Of a stretch of DNA of 43,676 nucleotides, positions 20,770-28,431 are shown piece after piece. The notes under the pieces were generated by a model that saw only the letters and a program-made list of their open reading frames with translations, ran no database searches and had not been told where the DNA came from. This DNA is from Bacillales bacterium UBA6331 (lineage in GTDB: Bacteria; Bacillota_I; Bacilli_A; RF39; UBA660). Position 1 is the stretch's first letter. Each line of letters opens with the position of its first letter. Position numbers and translations under genes: made by a program. The stretch lies in NCBI GenBank assembly GCA_002438065.1, contig DJSP01000086.1, positions 1 to 43,676 on the forward strand, given 5' to 3'.

Positions 20770-21594
20770 ATGGAAAAAGTTAAAAAATTGTTATTACCTG
20801 TAGTTCTTATTATTATTTTACTATTACCAATTATTATTAATTATGTAAATAACAAAAAGATTTCAGTAATTTCATATGATAAATACACATCTAATGTGTC
20901 AAAAGAAAAAGTAACACTTACATATTTTGGTGATACTAATTCAGAAGAATATGCTAAAATCAAAGAAGAATTACTTAATTTAAAAAGTAAATATTCAATT
21001 GAAGTTAGTGCTGTAAATACACCGAAATTAAGTACAGAAGAAAAACAAAAATTAACTAGTTCAAATGAAAAGTTTAATAGCAAATCAGTTTTTGTTATAA
21101 CACAAGATGGTAATACAGTTAAAGTAGTAGATAAAGAAAAAGAAAATGTTAACTTAGATGCTCAATTAAACAAATATATTAACAATGTAATTCCAGATGA
21201 TGAAATTGCTTATAAAACAGTTTCAACATATAAAGAATTTATGAAATTATATAAGAGTAAAAAAGTAACAATGCATGTTTTTGGACGTAACTCATGTTAT
21301 TATTGTAATATCTTTAAACCAGTATATAACGATGTTGCAGCTGAAAATAATTTAGATATTTACTACTATGATTCAGACAGCTTTAATAGTGATGAATATA
21401 ATAAAATATTAAATTCAGGTATAAACATTCCAGCCGAATGTACATCGTCAAAAGAGGAAACTCCTTTATCATCAGGTTTTGGAACACCACTAACATTATA
21501 TTTAAAAAATGGTAAAGTAGTAGGATGTATTTCTGGATATGTTAACAAAGAAAAGTTAGAAACTAAGTTAAAATCAGTTGGAATGATGAAATAA
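20770..21594 (+). CDS. Membrane-anchored thioredoxin-fold protein
   Basis: N-terminal TM helix. C-terminal thioredoxin-like region with a CxxC motif (FGRNSCYYCNIFKP). Confidence 0.65.
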   Translation: MEKVKKLLLPVVLIIILLLPIIINYVNNKKISVISYDKYTSNVSKEKVTLTYFGDTNSEEYAKIKEELLNLKSKYSIEVSAVNTPKLSTEEKQKLTSSNEKFNSKSVFVITQDGNTVKVVDKEKENVNLDAQLNKYINNVIPDDEIAYKTVSTYKEFMKLYKSKKVTMHVFGRNSCYYCNIFKPVYNDVAAENNLDIYYYDSDSFNSDEYNKILNSGINIPAECTSSKEETPLSSGFGTPLTLYLKNGKVVGCISGYVNKEKLETKLKSVGMMK

Positions 21595-21606
21595 AGGAGA
21601 ATATAA

Positions 21607-22047
21607 ATGGCGTCTACTTATGAAATTATAAAAAAATTTAAAGATAAATATCCCGGCACAATATGTTGGAGAATTAAAAAACATGCAAAATTAGTTGACG
21701 AAAATTTATATCCCGATGAAGTTGTAAATTATGCCTTTGCTGCTCAAAATAATGCAACTCATGGAAGTATATTTGATACAGCCGTACTAGCTATCACCAA
21801 TAAAAGACTTATAATTGCTCAAGATTATATTTTGGTAGGATATGATTTAAACTCAATTACACCAGACTTATACAACGATATGCAAATACATGCTGGAATT
21901 ATTTGGGGAATGATAATTATTGATACAATGAAAGAAACTATTTATTTTTCTAATATATCAAAAAAAGCATTACCAGAAATTCAAAAAGAAATAACATCAT
22001 ACATGATGGAAGCAAAAGCAAAATACTACAAAAAAGAAGTAAAGTAA
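21607..22047 (+). CDS. Bacterial PH-domain (YokE-like) protein
   Basis: Resembles bacterial PH-like domain proteins (IFDTAVLAITNKRLIIAQ...). Recall-based call only. Confidence 0.45.
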   Translation: MASTYEIIKKFKDKYPGTICWRIKKHAKLVDENLYPDEVVNYAFAAQNNATHGSIFDTAVLAITNKRLIIAQDYILVGYDLNSITPDLYNDMQIHAGIIWGMIIIDTMKETIYFSNISKKALPEIQKEITSYMMEAKAKYYKKEVK

Positions 22048-22050
22048 ATA

Positions 22051-22077
22051 AAGAGTTCAATTAAGAATTCTTTTTTT
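22051..22077 (+). terminator. Rho-independent terminator
   Basis: AAGAGTTC-AATTAA-GAATTCTT (one G:U pair) followed by T-run. Confidence 0.65.
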
Positions 22078-22092
22078 CTAAAATGGAGAAGT

Positions 22093-23202
22093 ATGAAAAA
22101 AATTAATAAAAACGTTAAATTTATATTTGTATTACTATTATTAGTAATTATCTATGTCATCATACTATACACGCCAAAAAACTATGAAATAGATTACATT
22201 ATTAATAAAGTAAAAATAAATGAAAAATATGACAAATACACTAAAAAATATACCTTTATTTTAACCTATGAAAATACCGATTATCCTCTTATAGTAAATT
22301 CTAAATATTTAAAAAAACGTAAATTAATTGAAAATATTAAAATAGTATCAGACGAAAAAGATACTTGTTTAAACACTGACTATCTAGATAATAATAAAAT
22401 TATTTGTAGCGATTCATCAGGCTTAAAAGATTATCACCTAATTAATGATAAACTTTATAGTGAAAATTACGAGAAAGTTATTAAACCAATCAAAGAAACA
22501 ACTTATGAAAATATTAAGATTTATAATAACGACGAAACATATCTTATTTGGAATTATAATGGCTATTTAAAGATATCTGAAAATAATGAAAAAATTAATA
22601 TTTTAAACGAAGAAAAATATAATAATCAATCAACCTATCAAAATGATCGTTACCTAATTATTCCAGACTATGACTCATCATATTACTTTAAGAAAATATA
22701 TATTTATGACACCGAAAAGAATAATTTGTCAAATATAACCTTTAATTATGAAATATCATACAATCTTTTATATCTTGGAACATTTAAAAATAAAGTTTAC
22801 TTTTTAGATCTTAAAAACAAGAACGAATATGAATTAAATTTAAAAAAGAAAATAATTAAACTTTTAAATGAAAAAAATAATTATGGATTATTTCTAAATG
22901 GTAAGAAATTAGAACACGTTAAAGTTGATACTTTAATTAAAAATGAAGAGATATTTGCTAGTGAAATTAACAATAATTATAGTTTACAAGATAATACATT
23001 ATATAAAAATATAGATAGATATAAACTAAAAGTAAGTAATAAAAAAATAACTGAAATAGTTAGAATAATAGATGATACAGTTTATTACTTAGTAGATGAT
23101 ACCTTATATAGATATAATGAAGAAACCGGAGAAGAACAACTACTTAAATACAAAGAATGGAAATATAATTATCAAAATCAAATATTTATCTTTAACAAAT
23201 AA
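22093..23202 (+). CDS. Hypothetical membrane-anchored protein
   Basis: N-terminal TM helix and a repetitive Asn/Tyr/Lys-rich ectodomain. No confident family. Confidence 0.5.
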   Translation: MKKINKNVKFIFVLLLLVIIYVIILYTPKNYEIDYIINKVKINEKYDKYTKKYTFILTYENTDYPLIVNSKYLKKRKLIENIKIVSDEKDTCLNTDYLDNNKIICSDSSGLKDYHLINDKLYSENYEKVIKPIKETTYENIKIYNNDETYLIWNYNGYLKISENNEKINILNEEKYNNQSTYQNDRYLIIPDYDSSYYFKKIYIYDTEKNNLSNITFNYEISYNLLYLGTFKNKVYFLDLKNKNEYELNLKKKIIKLLNEKNNYGLFLNGKKLEHVKVDTLIKNEEIFASEINNNYSLQDNTLYKNIDRYKLKVSNKKITEIVRIIDDTVYYLVDDTLYRYNEETGEEQLLKYKEWKYNYQNQIFIFNK

Positions 23203-23238
23203 TTAATTTAAGAATATCCTATACTAGGGGATGAAAAA

Positions 23239-23574
23239 ATGATTGATATGTATAATGTAAATCAAGATGCCAATAATTACTTTGATTATTATAAAATAAA
23301 AAAGGGAGATAATTTATACCAGATAGGTAAAAGTTACAATGTGAATCCTGCTTTAATTGCAATTCTTAACGGTCTAAATCTAAATGATTATATTTATCCA
23401 AATGAAACTATAATGGTTCCTAAAGAAGGATATTCATATTACGTAACTAAATCAGGAGATACCCTTAACTTAGTAGCAAATACATTTAATACCAGTGTAT
23501 CAAACATTCTAAGAAACAACGAAACAATCTATTTACAAGAAGGTCAATTAATAGTTAATAAAATAAGCGAATAG
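23239..23574 (+). CDS. Small protein with two LysM peptidoglycan-binding domains
   Basis: Two LysM repeats: YKIKKGDNLYQIGKSYNVNPALIAILNGL and YVTKSGDTLNLVANTFNTSVSNILRNN. Confidence 0.8.
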   Translation: MIDMYNVNQDANNYFDYYKIKKGDNLYQIGKSYNVNPALIAILNGLNLNDYIYPNETIMVPKEGYSYYVTKSGDTLNLVANTFNTSVSNILRNNETIYLQEGQLIVNKISE

Positions 23575-23629
23575 TTTATTTTATTTTTTTTGCATGATAT
23601 AATTTATTTAAGATAAGGGGCCACAATTT

Positions 23630-25222
23630 ATGATTTTAAAAAAACCATATGCATTTTTAATAAAGAATTTCAAAATAATACACATAATTATCTTTTTATT
23701 AGCACTCTTAATTAATGACTATTATGTTAAGATTTATAAATTCTTTAAAAATTATTCATCAAATAATTTCTATGATTACAATATTGCCAAAGATTATTTA
23801 CCAACATTTATATTCATAGCCGTAATCTTCCTAATCGGATTTTTAAGCATAATGTTTTATTTAATGGCAAAAAAGAAAAAACCAACTAAATTATACATTT
23901 TTTCTATAATTTATTATATTGTATTATTAATATCAATGATGTTTATTTATAACAAAATAAATACATTATATGAAGCAACACTAACCCAAAGAGTAAGCAG
24001 ATTTTATCAAGATATATACTTTCTTTTAAATTTACCCCATTACTATTTTTTATTTATGTATTTAGTAAGAGGTATTGGCTTCGATATTAAAAAATTCAAT
24101 TTTAGTAAAGATATGCAAGAACTTGAAATAAAAGCAGAAGATAACGAAGAATTTGAGTTTGAGTTTGGTAAAGATAATTATTTAATAAAAAGAAAAATTC
24201 ACAGATTATATCGTGAAATAATTATCTATTATAAAGAAAATAAATTTTTAATAAATATAGTCGGAGGTTCAATTCTCTCAATTATTCTAGTGACAATTTT
24301 TATTAACACATCTATTTCAATTCACAAGTATCATGTTGGAAGTTCTTTAAAAGCTGATAAGTTTATTTATAAATTAAATAATGCCTATGTAACATCTTAT
24401 GACTATAAAAATAAACAAATTAGTAGTACTAATAAATATATCATATTAGATATGACTTTAACAAACAAAGGCAAATATATTTTAAAACCTGAAGAAATGT
24501 ACATAATTTATAATGGCAACAAAGAATCAGTATACAAATCAAGCCTTTCAAATAGTTTTTCCGATTTAGGAACAGTCTATAATGGCGATTTAATTCCTAA
24601 TACACCAACAAATTTATTATTTATTTATGAAGTACCAAAGGAAGCTAAAGTAAATAATTTAAAACTTATGGTATATAAAGGATATGAATATAAAAATGGA
24701 GTTACTAATAACATTTATCGTGAATATAAATTTAGTGCTAATAATTTAGATAAAGAAATAAAAACGCAAAAATCATCATTAAATACACTAAACTATCTCG
24801 GAAGAACTCTATATGGTAACACAACCATAAAAATTAACAATATTGAAATAAAAGAAAGATATGAATATACTTATCAAAAATGTATAGATGAAAATAATTG
24901 CCAAACATTAACAGATATAATTATTCCTGATAATCGTAATCAATATGATCTCTTAATTGTTGATTATGAATTAAATGTTGATGAATCATCTCTTCTTGCT
25001 AGAAGCACTAATAATGATATTCAATCAATTATTAATAAATTTTCTAAGATAAATTATAATATTAACAATAGTGAAAGAACATCAACTATATATGGTAAAA
25101 CATACTCAAATTTAGAAAACAAAATATTTTTTGATATTCCAAATAACATTAAAGATAAATCAGCATCAAAAAGTTATGTAATTAAAACTAGAGAAAATGA
25201 GTATTCATATGACTTTAACTAG
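23630..25222 (+). CDS. Hypothetical polytopic membrane protein with a large extracytoplasmic C-terminal domain
   Basis: Several N-terminal hydrophobic helices, a further helix near aa 205-225, then a soluble domain. SD AAGGGG. Confidence 0.55.
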   Translation: MILKKPYAFLIKNFKIIHIIIFLLALLINDYYVKIYKFFKNYSSNNFYDYNIAKDYLPTFIFIAVIFLIGFLSIMFYLMAKKKKPTKLYIFSIIYYIVLLISMMFIYNKINTLYEATLTQRVSRFYQDIYFLLNLPHYYFLFMYLVRGIGFDIKKFNFSKDMQELEIKAEDNEEFEFEFGKDNYLIKRKIHRLYREIIIYYKENKFLINIVGGSILSIILVTIFINTSISIHKYHVGSSLKADKFIYKLNNAYVTSYDYKNKQISSTNKYIILDMTLTNKGKYILKPEEMYIIYNGNKESVYKSSLSNSFSDLGTVYNGDLIPNTPTNLLFIYEVPKEAKVNNLKLMVYKGYEYKNGVTNNIYREYKFSANNLDKEIKTQKSSLNTLNYLGRTLYGNTTIKINNIEIKERYEYTYQKCIDENNCQTLTDIIIPDNRNQYDLLIVDYELNVDESSLLARSTNNDIQSIINKFSKINYNINNSERTSTIYGKTYSNLENKIFFDIPNNIKDKSASKSYVIKTRENEYSYDFN

Positions 25223-25301
25223 TCCATTTTATATTGACTTTAAAAAAATTATATAATACAATATTCTTGCAATGCCAAATATTGCATATATTGTATTAGA
25301 T

Positions 25302-25375
25302 GGGGCTTTAGCCAAGTGGTAAGGCAAGGGACTGCAACTCCCTGAGCACCGGTTCAAATCCGGTAGGCCCCTCCA
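25302..25375 (+). tRNA. tRNA-Cys (anticodon GCA)
   Basis: Cloverleaf: acceptor GGGGCTT/AGGCCCC, anticodon loop CTGCAAC, T-arm CCGGTTCAAATCCGG, encoded CCA. TTGACT-17-TACAAT promoter at about 25233-25261. Confidence 0.93.
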
Positions 25376-25421
25376 TTATAAAAAATTGCTCGAACTTTAA
25401 CGCTTGAGCTTAATAAAAAAA

Positions 25422-25453
25422 ATATCAATTTCAAAATGAAGTTGATATTTTTT
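25422..25453 (+). terminator. Rho-independent terminator after tRNA-Cys
   Basis: ATATCAATTTC-AAAAT-GAAGTTGATAT (one mismatch) followed by T5. Confidence 0.65.
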
Positions 25454-25585
25454 AAAATTATAGTTGAAATAGGTAAGTTAAAAAATAAAGCAGGTAGCAA
25501 TAAGTTTAAAATAACAGCTCAAAAATGGATTAAAGAAAAAATGGAATAATTTAATCAAAAATCCACTTTTTTCATGTGCAATTTT

Positions 25586-27205
25586 TTAATTTTTTTTGCG
25601 TATGTTATTTTGCAAAAATATTACATTTCCAGTTGAAATATTCAAAGAATAATCAGCATTTAAAATTTCATTATATTTTCTATTATGTGAAATACTAATT
25701 ATTGTTCCTGGATATGATTCTACAAGTTCATAAATTAAATCTAATGCTTCCTTATCTAAATGATTAGTAATTTCATCTAAAACAAGAACGTTTATTTTAT
25801 GAAAAGCAATTTTAACTAAGTTTACTCTTGTTCTTTGTCCAGGAGATAACATAAAATATTTTTTATCTTTACCATTGTAATTAAAACCAAAATTACTAAG
25901 TAAGGTAAAAACTAATGAGGATTCTACTTTATCTAAACCTGATGTTATATATTCGTACACACTAATATTTTTATTATCTATAATAGTATCTTGTGATATA
26001 TATCCTATTTTAACATCGTTGCCAATTATAACTTTTCCTTCAATAGGTTTAATTAAACCAAGTATTGTTTTAATAAATGTTGTTTTACCACTGCCATTCG
26101 GTCCTTTGATATTAATTTTACTTCCAAAATTTATGTTTAAGTTAATAGGAAGAGTTTGAAATGAATCATATCCACATATTAAGTTATCTATATAAATGTT
26201 CTTGTTTCCTTTTTCATTATCTAATAAGTCTAAGAAAAAATTAATTTTTTTTCTTTCTTGGAATGTTGGAATATCTATCTCTTCCAATGCTTTTGACAAC
26301 TTAGAGACTTCAGAAGAACGAGTTCTTTCTTTAGCAAAATTGTTAGCAATTTTATCATTGTCATTGTGTGCTTTAGAATATGTGCCTCGATTTGACCAAT
26401 CCTTAGCCTTCTGTAATCTAGCCTTAATTCTCTTTCGTTCTTCTATTGCACTTAAATAATTTAGTTTATTTTTCTGATATTCAAGATCTTTTTGTTTTAA
26501 ATAATCTTCATAACTTAAATTATATTCATTTAACATACCATCAGAAATTTCAAATATTTTATTAACAATATTATTCAAAAATGCTTCATCATGTGAAACT
26601 ATTATAATGGTTTTTTTTAGATTACGTAAATAATTTTCCAACCAGTTAATTGCTTCGATATCCAGATTATTCGTCGGTTCATCCAATAATAAAATATCTC
26701 CGTTACTAAGAAGCATAGTACACAATAAAACTTTAATTTTTTCTCCGCCAGAAAGAGTAAAAATTTTACTATCTAAACTTTTATTTAAATGTAAACCATT
26801 TATTATATTTTGCAAATTATTTTCAAATGAATAACCATCAAGTAGTAAAAATTTATTTAATATATCACTATATTCAATCATATTATTTTCTGTTAAATTA
26901 TTTTCAAGTTCATGAAGTCTGATTTCTAATTTTTCAATACCTGTTTGATTTTTTATATAAACTAATATTGAAAAATTGTCAAATTCATGAGATATTTCTT
27001 GTTTTAAATATGCGATGGTTTCATTTTCTAATTTAATTTTTCCAGAGTCTAATTGTAGTTCATTTGCTAGAACTTTAAGAAGAGTAGATTTACCACTTCC
27101 ATTTGACCCTACTAATCCAACTTTTTCACCTTGTGCTAAATGAAAACTTATATTTTTTAATAATTCATTGTTATTAAATTCAATTTTTAAATTACTTACC
27201 TGCAT
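25586..27205 (-). CDS. ABC-F family ATPase (two nucleotide-binding domains joined by a basic helical linker, no transmembrane domain)
   Basis: NBD1: GSNGSGKST, LSGGEKIK, LLLDEPTNNLD. Linker of ~100 aa rich in K/R/E (EERKRIKARLQKAKDW...). NBD2: GPNGSGKTT, LSPGQRTR, LVLDEITNHLD. No hydrophobic helices. The ATG overlaps the upstream gene by 14 nt, with AAGGAG 10 nt upstream. Confidence 0.9.
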   Translation of the reverse strand: MQVSNLKIEFNNNELLKNISFHLAQGEKVGLVGSNGSGKSTLLKVLANELQLDSGKIKLENETIAYLKQEISHEFDNFSILVYIKNQTGIEKLEIRLHELENNLTENNMIEYSDILNKFLLLDGYSFENNLQNIINGLHLNKSLDSKIFTLSGGEKIKVLLCTMLLSNGDILLLDEPTNNLDIEAINWLENYLRNLKKTIIIVSHDEAFLNNIVNKIFEISDGMLNEYNLSYEDYLKQKDLEYQKNKLNYLSAIEERKRIKARLQKAKDWSNRGTYSKAHNDNDKIANNFAKERTRSSEVSKLSKALEEIDIPTFQERKKINFFLDLLDNEKGNKNIYIDNLICGYDSFQTLPINLNINFGSKINIKGPNGSGKTTFIKTILGLIKPIEGKVIIGNDVKIGYISQDTIIDNKNISVYEYITSGLDKVESSLVFTLLSNFGFNYNGKDKKYFMLSPGQRTRVNLVKIAFHKINVLVLDEITNHLDKEALDLIYELVESYPGTIISISHNRKYNEILNADYSLNISTGNVIFLQNNIRKKN

Positions 27206-27875
27206 CTATTCCACACTCCTTACATTTAGAATTTTTTTTCCAATTTATAATTTCTGCTTGATATGTGAATAAATTAAACATTAAAGTCTTACCGACTAAA
27301 CTTGTTTCCTTATATTTAGCAAAATAATTAATAATTTCATTGCTCACTAAACTAGAGATTAATAAACATAGAGGTCCAAATGATGGTACTGGTTCAACAT
27401 TATTTAAAGGTACTTCAAAACTTTGTTTTTCAATACAACTCAAACATGCAGTTGTTTTAGGCACAACAAAAGGTCCAATCATAGCAACATATTCCGAAAA
27501 GCTGCAAAATAATACTGGCTTACCATTTTTAACACATAATTTATTTATTAATCTTCTTATTATTCTTTGAGGTTTATCAACCGTGCATAATACAAAATCT
27601 GCTAGTTTAATTTCATTTATAATATCCTCTTCCTTGATTATTTTTAAATTTTTACATTTAACCAGACTGTTTGTTAACTTTTCTTTCATTATTTCTGTCT
27701 TTAATTTTCCCAAATCATTACAATTATATGGAAATTGTCTTATTAAATTAGATTCATCAACGACATCATAATCAACTAAAGTAAAATTATTAAATCCAGC
27801 TCTTTCTAAAACTATTGCTACATTGGCTCCAATACCGCCTAATCCAAGAATTAAAATATTTTTATATTTAAAATA
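27192..27875 (-). CDS. E1-like (ThiF/MoeB/MccB-type) adenylyltransferase domain. This frame is open but has no start codon before its nucleotide-binding loop, so it must be joined to 27851-28222 by a -1 frame change.
   Basis: Frame is open from 27875. It encodes ILILGLGGIGANVAIVLERAGFNNFTLVDYDVVDESNLIRQ (GxGxxG plus D.D.V..SNL.RQ), DLGKLKTEIMKEKL, and paired CxxC motifs (CLSC ... CKEC, ~74 residues apart). The track ORF (27192-27713) begins at an internal TTG. Confidence 0.85.
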   Translation of the reverse strand, partial: YFKYKNILILGLGGIGANVAIVLERAGFNNFTLVDYDVVDESNLIRQFPYNCNDLGKLKTEIMKEKLTNSLVKCKNLKIIKEEDIINEIKLADFVLCTVDKPQRIIRRLINKLCVKNGKPVLFCSFSEYVAMIGPFVVPKTTACLSCIEKQSFEVPLNNVEPVPSFGPLCLLISSLVSNEIINYFAKYKETSLVGKTLMFNLFTYQAEIINWKKNSKCKECGIDAGK

Positions 27876-28222
27876 TTAATTAAATATTTTATATTCATCA
27901 TTAAATATACTGAAAACAAATTTTGTCTATTATATTTTGTATCATTAATCAATCTTTGATATTTTTCAAATTCTATAATGAATTTTTCACCTACTAAATA
28001 ATCTCTTGCCGATTTAATTTCCTTCTTGTTAATACCAGTTTCTTCATTAACCTTATTAATTAAATCATTTATAGATATTGGCTTTTGTATATTATTGAAA
28101 ATGCTTAAAATACCTTCATCGTCGTATTCAATTTCTTTTCCAGTATCAGTAAAATTTCCCATTCTGATAATTTTATTGATATTATCTATATAAAATGGTT
28201 TGTTTTTATTTATTATTAACAT
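27851..28222 (-). CDS. PqqD/RRE-like peptide-recognition domain plus the start of the E1 domain (N-terminal part of the frameshifted RRE-E1 protein)
   Basis: Begins MLIINKNKPFYIDN... at the ATG 4 nt after GGAGG. A winged-helix-like segment (ISINDLINKVNEETGINKKEIKSARDYLVGEKFII) resembles PqqD-type RiPP recognition elements. It ends with the E1 N-terminal motif KYNRQNLF and stops (TAA 27851-27853) just after an A5 run. Confidence 0.65.
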   Translation of the reverse strand: MLIINKNKPFYIDNINKIIRMGNFTDTGKEIEYDDEGILSIFNNIQKPISINDLINKVNEETGINKKEIKSARDYLVGEKFIIEFEKYQRLINDTKYNRQNLFSVYLMMNIKYLINILNIKIF

Positions 28223-28240
28223 ATAACCTCCAAAAATAAT

Positions 28241-28262
28241 AGAGTTCAACACGTTGAACTCT
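28241..28262 (-). terminator. Intercistronic hairpin (probably a leaky terminator or attenuator) between the small ORF and the RRE-E1 gene
   Basis: Perfect inverted repeat AGAGTTCAAC/GTTGAACTCT. On the mRNA it is followed by AUUAUUUUUGGAGG, so the U-rich tract runs into the next gene's SD. Confidence 0.6.
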
Positions 28263-28281
28263 ATACTGTAATCAAAACCAA

Positions 28282-28347
28282 TTAACAGTTTTGATCAACG
28301 TGACAAGCAAATTTTACAACTCTTAGTTTTTTAACGCCAAATTTCAT
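28282..28347 (-). CDS. Unannotated 21-aa ORF, MKFGVKKLRVVKFACHVDQNC; candidate precursor peptide (or leader peptide)
   Basis: ATG 9 nt after a perfect AGGAGG. About 50 nt downstream of a near-consensus promoter. Followed by a hairpin and then a peptide-recognition-domain enzyme gene. Too short for the ORF track. Confidence 0.6.
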   Translation of the reverse strand: MKFGVKKLRVVKFACHVDQNC

Positions 28348-28403
28348 AACAATTTTCCTCCTTCAATTGAAAGCACAATATAATGATTCGACTTCTAGCA
28401 ATT

Positions 28404-28431
28404 ATTATACATTTTTTTATATTTTTGTCAA
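28404..28431 (-). promoter_or_regulatory. Near-consensus sigma-A promoter driving the small ORF operon
   Basis: On the minus strand: TTGACA (28431-28426), 16-nt spacer ending in TG, TATAAT (28409-28404). Confidence 0.65.

Noticed and set aside
25302-25375. Functional link between the lone tRNA-Cys and the Cys-terminated 21-aa peptide (for example tRNA-dependent peptide extension).
   Set aside because: It lies on the opposite strand with its own promoter and terminator. No PEARL/LanB-like or Fem-type enzyme is in that operon. Adjacency alone is not evidence.
9451-28262. Recurring AAAGAGTTCA-type hairpins (9451, 22051, 28241) as a dispersed repeat or miniature mobile element.
   Set aside because: The shared part is only about 8-9 nt of stem, and the loops, second arms and flanks differ. 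They are most simply independent intrinsic terminators built from the same AT-rich vocabulary.
28282-28347. Classifying the 21-aa peptide as a canonical microcin C-type MccA.
   Set aside because: MccB-type chemistry needs a C-terminal Asn, and this ORF ends Asn-Cys-stop. The microcin C export and immunity genes are absent. The analogy is limited to the RRE plus E1 enzyme architecture.
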